From: Squalus acanthias
Lineage: Eukaryota
DNA length: 64,000 nucleotides
Direction: 5' to 3'
Assembly (NCBI GenBank): GCA_030390025.1
Contig: CM059432.1
Coordinates: 70,868,001 to 70,932,000, forward strand
Position 1 is the first letter of the stretch, and every line of letters starts with the position of its first letter. The notes under the pieces are model-generated. The model saw nothing but the letters and a program-made list of their open reading frames with translations, was not told the DNA's origin and ran no database searches. Of this stretch, positions 12,159-24,107 are shown piece after piece. Position numbers and translations under genes: made by a program.

Positions 12159-13377
12159 CATAGAAACATAGAAAAATAGGAGCAGGAGTAGGCCATTCGG
12201 CCCTTCAAGCCTGCTCCGCCATTCAATATGATCATGGCTGATCCTCTATCTCAATACCATATTCCCACTCTCTCCCCATACCCCTTGATGCCTTTTGTGT
12301 CTAGAAATCTATCTCCTTCTTAAATATATTCAGTGACTTGGCCTCCACAGTCTACTGTGGTAGAGAATTCCACAGGTTCACCACCCTCTGAGTGAAGATA
12401 TTTCTCCTCATCTCAGTCCTAAATGTCCTACCCCGTATCCTGAGACTGTGACCCCTCGTTCTAGACACCCCAGCCAGGGGAAACATCCTCCCTGCATCCA
12501 GTCTGTCTAGCCCTGTCAGAATTCTATACGTTTCAATGAAATCCCCTCTCATTCTTCTAAACTCTAGTGAATACAGGCCTAGTCGACCCAATCTCTCCTC
12601 ATACAACAGTCCTGCCATCCCAGGAATCAGTCTGGTGAACCTTCGCTGCACTCCCTCTATGGCAAGTATATCCTTTCTTAGGTAAGGAGACCAAAACTGC
12701 ACACAGTACTCCAGATGTGGTCTCACCAAGGCCCTGTATAACTGTAGTAAGATCCTTGCTCCTGTACTCAAATCCTCTTGCAATGAAGGCCAACATACCA
12801 TTTGCTTTCCTAACTGCTTGCTGCACCTGCATGTTTGCTTTCAGTGACTGGTGTACAAGGACACCCAGGTCCCTTTGTACATCAACATTTCCCAATCTAT
12901 CACCATTTAAATAATACTCTGCCTTTCTGTTTTTCCTACCGAAGTGGATAACTTCACATTTATCCACGTTACACTGCATCTGCCATGTATTTGCCCACTC
13001 ACTCAACTTGTCTAAATCGCCTTGAAGCCTCTTTGCATCCTCCTCACCACTCACAATCCCACCTAGTTTCGTGTCGTCAGCAAATTTGGAAATATTACAT
13101 TTGGTTCCCTCATCCAAATCATTGATATATATTGTGAATAGCTGGGGCCCAAGCACTGATCCCTGTGGTACCCCACTAGTCACCGCCTGCCACCCCGAAA
13201 AAGACCCATTTATTCCTACTCTCTGTTATCAATTTTCAATCCATGCCAGTATATTACCCCCAATCCCATGTGCTTTAATTTTGCGCACTAACCTCTTATG
13301 TGGAACTTTATTAAAGGCCTTCTGAAAATCCAAATACACCACATCCACTGGTTCTCCCTTATCTATTCTGCCAGTTA
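12159..13377 (-). mobile_element. CR1 LINE 3' part (RT C-terminal half and tail)
   Basis: [36 protein letters not shown]; catagaaa tail. Confidence 0.93.
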
Positions 13378-13741
13378 CAGGAAACTCTTTATTAACCGGC
13401 ACCGACGGGACCGGCGTGGTGCCAGTTAATCAAAAAGTCCGGATAACGGAGAGTTATATCTCCCAACGTACGAGAGCCCCGTACACACTGACATGCGCCT
13501 GCATTCGGAGCTCCGTCTCCCCGGGGACCGCCAGCTGACCATCTGTCGTGTCCGCTGCCTACCCGGGCTGCACATTCCCCTCCCAATCTACACACTCCGA
13601 TACAAGGCAAACGCTTCGGGTTTTTTTAAAAAGTTATTTTTAAAGGAGAGATGAAGGAAAACCCCGGTTACCTACTCAAGAATTTTGCCGGTTAAGAGAG
13701 ATTTCCGGATATTTGGGTGCCGGTTAAAAGAGAGTTTCCTG
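13378..13741. mobile_element. Tc1/mariner (pogo/Tigger-like) MITE, 364 bp
   Basis: 26-bp TIRs caggaaactctttattaaccggcacc (2 mismatches), TA on both sides (13376-13377, 13742-13743). Confidence 0.88.
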
Positions 13742-13950
13742 TATGTGTTGTGCACTATAGATCCACTGTAACCTGCATTGCTGGATTTTAAAGGCGCACT
13801 TACCCTAAACTGTGCCACCTCAAATTGTCAGCACACATATGGCAACGATGCCAAACCTACATTCTACATCAATTTATTACAATATTGGCAAAGAACAGAA
13901 ACTTTACAAATAAATCTATCATAATACCCAAGTGAGAACCCTTGTGATTA

Positions 13951-15806
13951 TTAACGTGACATCTTCCTCTTACACATGCTTCTACGTTGTGAGACCCCTG
14001 TGGCTTCAGCATATATGGAGGCAGCCTGCTCACTTCCCTGCTGCTCCTGCTTAGACGCCTTTGGCGGCCATCCTCTGGTTTTGTGAGCCTTGGAGGGCCC
14101 CGCCAAAGTCTGCTCCTCCTGCGGCTGTGCAGGGGCAGACTCGGCCATCTCTGTTGGCTCAGGCAGATGGGACTCTGACCGAGGGCTCGGCAGTGGCAAG
14201 GGAGTGTGAGCGCTTGGAGAGGAGCCCCCACTTCCTTGTGCTCGAACACCACCGACCCTCTCATGGGTCACCCGCACTTCACTGCTAGAAAGTTGCTGGA
14301 GAGCACCTTGCTGCACATCGGTGGGGCCATGTGGACCCGTCTCTGTACTGACAGTCCTCATAACCGGGACGTCCATGTACCTCTGGTTCCTCTCCACGAC
14401 AGATGGCCTTCTATCCTCCATAGCTGCCCATCTAGCTAGAAGAGCCACCATGTTGGCTTGTGTCTGGCGAGTTAGGTCCTCCATGGAGGTTGCCATCCTT
14501 TCCAGGGCGGCACCTAGATTGCCCATAGCGTTCACCACGGCATTGCTAATGTTTAAGGTGGACTCCTCCATTCTCTGCACACTCGCAGTTACCGTGGAAG
14601 TAAAACCACTCAGAGCCTCCTGCACTTGTTCCTGAAGCTCCAGCACCGCTCCCTTTCTGGATGGCCCCCGAGGCTCAGCGTCTACATGCAGCTGAGCAGA
14701 GCTGGGAGCGCCCTGCGTCCTCCGACGAGGACTCTCCACTGCTGTCCCTGTCTCCAACATCTGCTCCTGCTCACCTGTGAGCTGTGATACACCAGGTGAT
14801 AACACTACTCTATCTTGCAAAAAACCCACCAAGGTGTGCTGGGTGCGCTGAATGCTGGTGACGCTGCTCCCTCAGAGGCTGGTGGTTCCTGGACAGTGGG
14901 GAGCGGGGCTCTCGATGGTTCTGTGGGGGAAATAAAGGCATGAGTTAGACAAGTGAAATGTATGTTGCAGACACATCCCATTGTGCAGATGCTTAGCACT
15001 CAATCTCTATGAACATCATATCCCATATTAGTCACTTAAGAATGCTAAATCAGAGGGTTGGAAATCAATTCTGTCACCAGCTTGCTCTTCTACGCCCGTC
15101 TCTCCGTCCCCCACTTCCAGCTCCTCTGCACCTCCGACGATCTCCAAGGCTGCCTCCTCAGCGCTCATTAGGTGCGCCAGGGATGGTGGGCCTCCTCCTG
15201 TCCTCCCCCTCTCCCTTTTATTGTGGGCTCTCTTCTCCTGTAATGAGGGACACAAGTGGAGTATGAGAGAGATTGATGGAGTGAGTGTAAAGAATGGATG
15301 ACGTAGATGTTTAGAGGGAGACTATGAAGGAGTGAGGTGCATAAACCAAGTTCCCTCCCTGTGCGTTGTTAGTTGTTGGCATTGCATAAGAGTGTGAGTG
15401 GTGCATAGTAAGATGGTGATGTGATTCTGTACAGAGAGACGGATGGGTGAGGGTGCAAGGGATGTAAGGGTAAGTTGGGATGTGCAGGGGAAGGTTGCCA
15501 ATGCAGACTGATGGGGATGAGAAGAGATAGGAGGCAGATTGAAGGTAAGTGTGATGTTATACTCATTTTTGCTGATCGCAACAGATCATTAAACCTCTTG
15601 CGACACTGCACCCAGGTGCGTGTGAAGACTGACCTCGAACTGACCTCCTCAGCAATTTGCAGCCAAGCTGCCTTGGTATGCTGAGGAGGCCTCCTCCTTC
15701 CGTCTCCAGGGAAGAGGACCTCCTTTCGTCCTCTTACGCCCTCCACAAGTGCATGGAGGGAGTCCTCATCGAAGCGGGGAGCAGCCTTAGGTTTTTGCGT
15801 TGCCAT
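13951..15806 (-). pseudogene. Harbinger Myb/SANT-like DNA-binding gene, 3 exons (15567-15806, 15078-15237, 13951-14920), disabled
   Basis: MATQKPKAAPRF..W..IAEEV..RTWVQCRKRFNDL then EKRAHNKRERGRTGGG; first donor reads atgagt instead of gtgagt; frameshift near 14835. Confidence 0.85.
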
Positions 15807-17241
15807 ACCTGCAACAGCCAGCACTTCAGGGAACAAAACAGAAATGAATCTGCAGAGGGGACATGGTCCCTTTAAATAATCAGTCCAACATCGCTTCATC
15901 AGGCGCGAGCAGCTGACCCGCACCCAGCAATTGCCTTGGAGAACCCGCACGTCGGCCTTAACGAGACCAATCAATGGAAAATTTCAACTGCAGGGTGCCG
16001 GGAACCGGGAGCGGGTCCGGAACCCACCGAACAGCGAACCCGCCACCATCCTGCCTCCAGGTGCAAAATTGCAGCCTCCGTTTCCTCCAGAGACCGTGAC
16101 TGAGCTATGTCACCTGCCGCCGTCTGATTTACAGGCAACTCTATTGGCTGGAACACTGCTATACCATTGGAAAATTATAGTCAGAAACTAGTTACCTTCA
16201 GAATCCTTGGGTGTAAACCACCAGGTCCAGGTCATTTGTTTATCTGACATTTGGGTAATTTTTTTTTCTCATTTTTCTTTGAATAGTAACCCCCACTAAA
16301 AGTTCTAGACCCATTTCTGGTAGTTTTACAATCCTAATAACCATCTCCTCTGTGAAAACTGAGTTAAAGTATTTATTTATATCTCTGCCATTCCTTCACT
16401 CTATAAGCTTGCCTCTTTTATCTCTTAGCAGTCCTACCCCACCTTGACCATCTTCATATTACAAATGTACATGTCATATGCCCTTTTAGTGATTTTATGT
16501 TTTAGCTAATTTTCTCTCATACTTTTCCTTAGTCTTTCTGATCCCACTTTCTTATATTATTTGTATTTGCCCTGTAAATTGTTTATACCCTTTCCCCCTC
16601 CTGCTTAAATATTTCCCATTGTTTGTCTACAGTTCTGTTTGCCAATATTGCCTTCCATTTAGTCTGGGTAAGTTCCTTCTTTTATTTTGCTGTAGTTTTA
16701 TTTTTTTTCAAGTCAGGTACCCCTCTCCTTGACTTTCCTTTTCTATTCTTATATTGAACCTAATTATATTATGGTCACTGCTTCCTAAAGGCTCCTCTAC
16801 TTAAAGGTTGCAGTTTTCTCTGCTTCATTGTCCAGAACCAAGTCAAGTAGTGCTTCCTTCCTTGTTGGAGTAGCAACATATTAACTGAGAAAATAGTTGT
16901 GAACATGATGCAAAGAAGCTTTCCTTTTCTCACCACAAAAATGTTCCTAATCTCAGTTTATTTTTGATGAATTAAAATCTCCTATAATTATAACTATTCT
17001 AAATTCATGCTTCACAAATTTGACTATAAATTTCCTTTCCACTATTCAGCAGTCAACTGTCAGTAGTAGTGTGACTGACCTCTAGTTATTTCTCAGTTTA
17101 ATCCACAGGAATTCTTTTTGGACCACTTCTTCATTTAAATCCTTGCACTCTAGTACTGTGATGTCTAGTAATACTTATACACCTCCTCCCTTTTTTCCTT
17201 CCCTGTCCCTCTTACAGTTTTATACCCTGATATATTTAATT

Positions 17242-17607
17242 CTATTGGAGTGACCACTGGCTCAGTAGTAGTATTCCCACCTGTGAGTTAGAAGCGTTGG
17301 GTGCGGGACCCACTCCAGACTGCCCTGGTGAGCAGAGATTGGAGCGCCAGCTCTGAATATTGGGTTGACGGCCAGCAGGGGTACTTGCATCCAGTAGTTG
17401 TGGGTGGCCCCTCATCATAAAGGGCAGGCAGGGCTCTTTAGCCTTGGTTGCAGCCACTTAGAAGAAGGTACTCTGTAGATAAAAGCCACGAGGAAGGCAA
17501 TGGGAAACCACCTCAGCTACTGTTCCCTGGTAAGTGACTCAATAATCTCATGTGTGAGATGTAAGTTAGGACCTGCCCTACAGCAGAACACAATGGACGG
17601 ACAGATG
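17242..17607 (+). mobile_element. tRNA-derived SINE with RTE-like segment
   Basis: A-box-like tggctcagtagtag, degenerate B-box, gaggaaggcaatgggaaaccac (RTE/Bov-A-like), flanking tttaatt repeat (17235-17241, 17608-17614). Confidence 0.55.
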
Positions 17608-18359
17608 TTTAATTTTCCAATCCTCAGTATCAGCTCAGTTACTGCTATTGTCTTGTAATTTTCTATTTTATTCAATAACTCTAGTGTCTCAATTTTGTTT
17701 CTTATACTCTGTGCATTAATATACATATATTTTAGTTTGGATTTCTTTGGTTTGGAAATTTTCCTTTGTATGCCTTCCCATATCCTGATTTATTTTTTAA
17801 CTGTCTTGTCCTGTTTAACCTCTTTCAGCCTTTCTACCACTTTATTATCTAAACACCTAAAGCTTCCCTTCCCTTCCAAAATACCTAATCTACCCTCTTA
17901 CTTTTCTCCTTCTCACTGCCATATTAGTTTCAAACCTCCACAGCTCTAGTTAAACTTCCCATGATAATATTGCTCTCAGCTCTGTTCAGGTATAGGCTGT
18001 CTCATTGGTATAGCTCTCTCCTAACCTAGAATTGGTCCCAGTGCTCCAGGATCATGAACTATTCTCTCCTACACTATGCCTCTAGCCATGCATTTATCTC
18101 CCTAATCTAGCTATTCGTGTACTAGCTAATCCTAAAATGACTACCTTTACAGTTCTGCTTCTGAATCTACCTCCCAACTCCTGGAACTCTCTCTACAGGA
18201 CCTGAATCCTATTCTTCCCTATGCAATATGTGTGAAGCGTGATTTCTGGTTGGATGCCTCTCTTTCCAAGAACCACACTCGCTCCATATGTCCCTTGCCC
18301 TAGTAGCTGGTATACAGCACACCATTCAGGACTCACAGATGTGACTGCCTATTCCTCTC

Positions 18360-18632
18360 ACTATTGACTTTCATCGCTTCACCATTGGCGGCCGTGCCTT
18401 CAGCTGCCTAGGCCCTAAGCTCTGGAATTAATTCCTTAAACCTCTCCGCCTCTCTCTCCTTCTTTAAGATGCTCTTTAAAACCTACCTTTTTGACCAAGC
18501 TTTTGGTGACCTGTCCTAATATCTCTTTATGTGGCTCAGTGACAAATTTTGTTTGATAATGCTCCTGTGAAGCACCTTGCGACGTTTAACTATGTTAAAG
18601 GCACTACATAAATGCAAGTTTTTTTGTTGTTG
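18360..18632 (+). mobile_element. L2 3' end with (ttg)n tail
   Basis: Matches the 3' end of 3306-6038. Confidence 0.85.
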
Positions 18633-19091
18633 AGTGTCCTATTAGTGTTCCTGCACTTAATTCTTCCCTTGGGTAACCACTTGCTCTAAGGTGCTGTGGC
18701 AATGCTCGTGATTGTCTCCTGAGCTGCCATCCTCATCTGCATTGTAGACATCTAGCTCTATATCCATATCAGACAGCTTAGATCCCCAGCCTGCACTATT
18801 TCTAGCTGAGTCCTCAGCCCCACCTGTTAGGCAGATAATCATCCATTTCTCTTTTCCATCTCACTATTATTGTCTAGCTGTGTGGGGACCACTTCATGCA
18901 ATGTGCACTTTAGGAATCTTTCCTTGTTATGTATAGTGTTAAGGACCTCCAATTGTTTCTCAAAATCAAAAAATTGAGCTGGAAAGGTTCAGCTGGAGAC
19001 ACTTAGACTTGTGGTTGTGGTAGACACTTAACTACCACATCATTATCAACTATGGCATCTGGAATGATTCAGATTACCAGTCTGACACACT

Positions 19092-19770
19092 GGCCTCGAT
19101 ATTTACAGGGAGGTGGGCAGGGTTCGGGGGAGGCTGAAGAACCTGGCAAGGCTGGGGATGCAGAGATCCTGCTGAACTTAACGGCAGGACCTCATTAACA
19201 TTTTTTAGTTCCGTTTTCCACCTAGCAACAGGCCAAATGGATAGCCTAGTCGGCAGTGGGAAGGGGAAACCAGCAGCAGGAAAACGCAGCCCGGGAGCCT
19301 TGGGAAGGGTTCCCAACAATTCAAAGGGGGGAAGAGAGGCTGTGATCAGGAGGGGAGACAGAAGTCAGCAAGCGATTGGGACAGGGGAGAAGTTGGCAAT
19401 TGGGAAGGCTGGTGGGGGGAGGCTGACGATCGGGGCTGGTGGGGGGCGGGGAGGCTGAAGGCTTCCTTGAGGGGCCAGGGGGAGCACTCCTGCTCCACAA
19501 GGAGTTCTAAAAAAGGCACTTAATTTGTGGAGCTGACAGCGCCCGCCTCCCTTTCACTGCCAGGTTTCCTGACCCCTGGGATTGCACTGTGGGAGCCTGA
19601 TTTAAAGATAAGTGACCCGCCTCTCCACAGCGGGACACTTGGATGCCCCGATATACAACGCCGTAAAACTGGCATTGTGAGCGTGCGCTAGGGTCATGTT
19701 TCGTGTATTTGACTGTTTAATCATCCCCCGACCCTTTCCCGTCCGTCATGGAGTTGTTAATATCGAGGAC
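19092..19770. mobile_element. Non-autonomous Harbinger-type MITE
   Basis: TIRs ggcctcgatatt / aatatcgaggac; flanks act / aat. Confidence 0.6.
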
Positions 19771-20030
19771 AATGAATCCCAACAATATGAAACTATTGTA
19801 TCCAATTAGACTATTCAGCTAACTGCAACTTTATACCCTGATCTAAGTCATAAGTTAGGCACAAAAGGGTAAGTTGAAAATGAAGTGTTATATGTTTCAC
19901 TAGCTTTGCAATTTGGCAAAATTGCAATGAAGTCCACTATGGTAGACTCCACACAGTATAAGAAGTAGATAAAGCACAGATGTTAAAACTACATTTCATT
20001 AAAAAAACAAGGAGCTCGGAATTCATCTGT

Positions 20031-20265
20031 TAACAACAACAACTTGCATTTATATAGTGCCTTTAACGTAGTAAACCGTCCCAAGGTGCTTAACAAGAGC
20101 ATTATCAATAAAACATTTTTTGACATCGAGCCACAGAAGGAGCTATCAGGTCAGATGACCAAAAGCTTGGTTAAAGAGGTAGGTTTTAAGGAGCATCTTA
20201 AAAGAGGAAAGAGAGAAAAAGGTGGAGAGGTTTAGGGAGGGAATTCCAGAGCTTAGGACCTAAGC
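20031..20265 (-). mobile_element. L2 3' end
   Basis: (caa)n tail on + strand and L2 3' UTR similarity. Confidence 0.85.
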
Positions 20266-20609
20266 AAATCCTAAGGCTGATTTTCATTCTTCCCACATAT
20301 GACCTAGCTGAGACATTTCCCTCTTCCTATTGGACAGGCTAGAATAGGAGTAGCAGTGAGAAGTGATTGGAATTGACCTCCAGTTGAAAATGTAGGCAGA
20401 CGTTTCCTCTTTTAGAAATTGGATTGCTAATCTCACCACTTTTTGTTTATTTAATGGCAATGGATAGAAATGCGAATTACTTCGGTTTTCTACTGGGTGA
20501 GTTTATATATAGGTTCAGGGGTGATTTAGAACATAGAACATAGAAGAGTACAGCACAGTACAGGCCCTTCGGCCCTCGATGTTGTGCCGAGCATTGTCCG
20601 AGACCAAGA

Positions 20610-23480
20610 TCAAGCTATCACACTCCCTATCACTCTGGTGTGCTCCATGTGCTTATCCAATAACCGCTTGAAAGTTCCTAAAGTGTCCGACTCCACTATC
20701 ACAGCAGGCAGTCCATTCCACACCCCAACCACTCTCTGAGTAAAGAATCTACCTCGGACATCCCTTCTATATCTCCCCCCATGCACCTTATAGTTATGCC
20801 CCCTTGTAACAGCTGCCTCTACCCGAGGAAATAGTCTCTGAACATCCACTCTATCTATCCCCCTCATCATCTTATAAACCTCTATTAAGTCGCCTCTCAT
20901 CCTCCTCCGCTCTAAAGAGAAAAGCCCCAACTCCCTCAATCTTTCCTCATAAGACCTCCCCCCCAAACCAGGCAGCATCCTGGTAAATCTCCTTTGCACT
21001 CTTTCCAATGCTTCCACGTCCTTCCTATAGTGAGGTGACCAGAACTGCACACAATATTCCAAATGTGGTCTCACCAAGGTCCTGTACAGTTGCAGCATAA
21101 CCTCACGGTTCTTAAACTCAAACCCTCTGTTAATAAACGCCAACACACCATAGGCCTTCTTTACTGCTCTATCCACTTGAGTGGCAACCTTCAGAGATCT
21201 GTGGATATGAACCCCCAGATCCCTCTGCTCCTCCACGTTCCTCAGAACCCTGCCGTTGACCCTGTAATCCTTATTCAAATTTGCCCTACCAAAATGAATC
21301 ACCTCGCACTTATCAGGGTTAAATTCCATCTGCCATTTTTCGGCCCAGCTCTGCATCCTATCAATGTCTCTTTGCAGCCTACAACTGCCCTCCACCTCAT
21401 CCACTACTCCACTAATCTTGGTGTCATCAGCAAATTTACTGATCCACCCTTCAGTCCCCTCCTCCAAGTCATTGATAAAAATCACAAACAGCAGAGGACC
21501 CAGCACCGACCCCTGTGGCACACCGCTGGTAACTGGTCTCCAGTCCGAAAATGTTCCATCCACCACCACCCTCTGCCTTCTATGAGATAGCCAGTTACTT
21601 ATGCAATCGGCCAAATTTCCCTCTATCCCACAACTCCTTACTTTCTTCATGAGACGACCATGGGGAACCTTATCAAACGCCTTACTAAAATGCATGTATA
21701 CGACATCAACAGCTCTACCTTCATCTACACACTTAGTTACCTCCTCAAAGAATTCAATCAAATTTGTTAGGCAAGACTTACCCTTCACAAATCCGTGTTG
21801 ACTATCCCTGATTAAGTTGCCCCTTTCCAAATGGTCATAAATCCTATCCCTCAGGACCTTTTCCATTATCTTACCAACCACCGAAGTAAGACTAACCGGC
21901 CTATAATTACCAGGGTCATTCCTATTTCCTTTCTTGAAGAGAGGAACAACATTCGCCACTCTCCAGTCCTCTGGCACCATCCCCGTGGACAGTGAGGACC
22001 CAAAGATCAAAGCCAGAGGCTCTGCAATCTCCTCCCTTGCCTCCCAAAGAATCCTAGGATATATCCCATCTGGCCCAGGGGACTTATCGACCCTCAGGTT
22101 CTTCAAAATTGCTAGAACATCTTCCCTCAGAACATCTACCACCTCCAGCCTATCCACCTTTATCACACTCTCATCCTCAAGAACATGGCCCCTCTCCTCG
22201 GTGAACACTGACGAAAAGTATTCATTCATCACCTCTCCTATCTCTTCTGACTCCATGCACAAGTTCCCACTACTGTCCTTGACCGGCCCTACCCTCACCC
22301 TGGTCATTCTTTTATTTCTCACATAAGAGTAAAAAGCCTTGGGGTTTTTCTTGATCCGACCCGCCAAGGACTTCTCATGCCCCCTCCTAGCTCTCCTAAG
22401 CTCTTTTTTTAGCTCATTCCTTGCTACCTTGTACCCCTCAATCGACCCAACTGAACCTTGTTTTCTCATCCTTACATACGCTTCCTTTTTCCTCTTGACT
22501 AGACATTCAACCTCTTTTGTGAACCATGGTTCTCTCACTCGGCCATTTCCTCCCTGCCTGACAGGGACATACCTATCAAGGACACGCAGTAATTGCTCCA
22601 TGAAAAAGCTCCACTTTTCGTTTGTGCCTTTCCCTGATAGTTTCTGTTCCCATCTTATACTCCCTAATTCTTGCCTAATCGCATCATAATTACCCCTCCC
22701 CCAATTATAAACCCTGCCCTGCCGTATGGCCCTATCCCTCTCCATTGCAATAGTGAAAGTTACCGAATTGTGGTCACTATCTCCAAAGTGCTCTCCCACA
22801 TACAAATCAAACACATTACCCAGTACCAAATCCAACGTGGCCCCACCTCTTGTCGGCCTATCCACATATTGTGTCAGGAAACCCTCCTGCACACACTGTG
22901 CAAAAACTATCCCATCCGAACTGTTTGACCTATAAAGGTTCCAATCAATATTTGGAAAGTTGAAGTCACCCATGACAACTATTCTGTGACCTCCACACCT
23001 ATTCATAATCTGCTTTGCAATTTCTTCCTCCACATCTTTATTACTATTTGGGGGCCTGTAGAAAACTCCTAACAACGTGACCGCTCCTTTCCTATTTCTA
23101 ACTTCAGCCCATATTACCTCAGACGGCAGATCCCCCTCGAACTGCCTTTCTGCCGCTGTTAAACTATCCTTGATTAACAATGCTACTCCTCCACCTTTCT
23201 TACCAACTTCCCTACTCTTACTGAAACATCTATACCCCGGAACTTCCAACAACCATTCCTGTCCCTGTTCTAACCATGTCTCCGTAATGGCCACCACATC
23301 GTAGTCCCAAGTACCAATCCACGCTCCAAGTTCTCCTACCTTATTCCGGATGCTCCTTGCATTGAAGTAGACACACTTCAAGCCATCTTCCTGTCTGCCG
23401 GTACATTCCTGCAACCTTGATACCCTCCTCAGTACCTCCCTACACTCACCACTGGCTCGTGGACTACAGCCTTTTCCCAT
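20610..23480 (-). CDS. CR1 ORF2: APE endonuclease plus reverse transcriptase (956 aa, uninterrupted; true start uncertain)
   Basis: [41 protein letters not shown] motif A reads YMHFSKAFD. Confidence 0.93.
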   Translation of the reverse strand: MGKGCSPRASGECREVLRRVSRLQECTGRQEDGLKCVYFNARSIRNKVGELGAWIGTWDYDVVAITETWLEQGQEWLLEVPGYRCFSKSREVGKKGGGVALLIKDSLTAAERQFEGDLPSEVIWAEVRNRKGAVTLLGVFYRPPNSNKDVEEEIAKQIMNRCGGHRIVVMGDFNFPNIDWNLYRSNSSDGIVFAQCVQEGFLTQYVDRPTRGGATLDLVLGNVFDLYVGEHFGDSDHNSVTFTIAMERDRAIRQGRVYNWGRGNYDAIRQELGSIRWEQKLSGKGTNEKWSFFMEQLLRVLDRYVPVRQGGNGRVREPWFTKEVECLVKRKKEAYVRMRKQGSVGSIEGYKVARNELKKELRRARRGHEKSLAGRIKKNPKAFYSYVRNKRMTRVRVGPVKDSSGNLCMESEEIGEVMNEYFSSVFTEERGHVLEDESVIKVDRLEVVDVLREDVLAILKNLRVDKSPGPDGIYPRILWEAREEIAEPLALIFGSSLSTGMVPEDWRVANVVPLFKKGNRNDPGNYRPVSLTSVVGKIMEKVLRDRIYDHLERGNLIRDSQHGFVKGKSCLTNLIEFFEEVTKCVDEGRAVDVVYMHFSKAFDKVPHGRLMKKVRSCGIEGNLADCISNWLSHRRQRVVVDGTFSDWRPVTSGVPQGSVLGPLLFVIFINDLEEGTEGWISKFADDTKISGVVDEVEGSCRLQRDIDRMQSWAEKWQMEFNPDKCEVIHFGRANLNKDYRVNGRVLRNVEEQRDLGVHIHRSLKVATQVDRAVKKAYGVLAFINRGFEFKNREVMLQLYRTLVRPHLEYCVQFWSPHYRKDVEALERVQRRFTRMLPGLGGRSYEERLRELGLFSLERRRMRGDLIEVYKMMRGIDRVDVQRLFPRVEAAVTRGHNYKVHGGRYRRDVRGRFFTQRVVGVWNGLPAVIVESDTLGTFKRLLDKHMEHTRVIGSVIA

Positions 23481-23492
23481 CCCCCTGACAAA

Positions 23493-24107
23493 TTAGTTTA
23501 AACCCCCCCGAAGAGCCGTAGCAAATTTCCCTCCCAGGATATTGGTGCCCCTCTGGTTCAGGTGCAAACCGTCCTGTTTGTACAGGTCCCACCTTCCCCA
23601 GAATGTGCTCCAATTATCCACATAACTGAAACCCTCCCCCCTACACCATCCCTGCAGCCACGTGTTTATCTGCACTCTCTCCCTGTTCCTCAACTCGCTA
23701 GCACGTGGCACCGGCAACAAACCAGAAATTACAACATGGTTTGTACTGGCTCTCAGCTTCCAACCTAGCTCCCTAAATTCCTGTTTTAAATCCCCGTCCC
23801 TTCTCCTACCTATGTCGTTGGTACCGATGTGTACCACGACTTGTGATTGTTTCCCTTCCCCTTTGAGGATTCTGAAAACACGGTCCGAGACGTCACGGAC
23901 CCTGGCACCCGGGAGGCAACATACCATCCGTGAGTCTCTTTTGCTGCCACAGAACCTCCTATCTGTCCCTCTGACTATTGAGTCCCCAATAACTATTGCT
24001 CTCCTGCTCTCCCCCCTTCCCTTCTGAGCCACAGGGACGGACCCAGCGCCGGAGATCCGGTCACCGTGGCTTACCACTGGTAAGTCGTCCCCCTCAACAG
24101 TAATCAA
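23493..24107 (-). CDS. CR1 ORF1 C-terminal SGNH esterase domain (5'-truncated)
   Basis: IVIGDSIVRG, CCLPGA, HIGTND, DGLHLN blocks. Confidence 0.9.
   Translation of the reverse strand: MITVEGDDLPVVSHGDRISGAGSVPVAQKGRGESRRAIVIGDSIVRGTDRRFCGSKRDSRMVCCLPGARVRDVSDRVFRILKGEGKQSQVVVHIGTNDIGRRRDGDLKQEFRELGWKLRASTNHVVISGLLPVPRASELRNRERVQINTWLQGWCRGEGFSYVDNWSTFWGRWDLYKQDGLHLNQRGTNILGGKFATALRGGLN

Larger units (their letters stand above)
11221..16076. mobile_element. PIF/Harbinger element (transposase missing) carrying a Myb/SANT gene and three nested insertions
   Basis: Imperfect TIRs GGTCGGAATTTTGC / GGCTGCAATTTTGC (11/14), 3-bp TSD tcc (11218-11220, 16077-16079). Confidence 0.78.
16195..19070 (-). 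mobile_element. Ancient decayed CR1 (ORF1 and EN region) with younger inserts
   Basis: LYINAQSIRNK (17517-17726 ORF), GPDG remnant near 16220, esterase-like remnants 17960-18350. Confidence 0.6.

Noticed and set aside
17250..17320. tRNA-like heads (also near 27220 and 34800-34855)
   Set aside because: Degenerate SINE promoters with no full cloverleaf
21063..23304. Many + strand ORFs overlapping CR1 ORF2 (and similar ones over other LINEs)
   Set aside because: Antisense or alternate-frame shadows of RT/EN coding sequence
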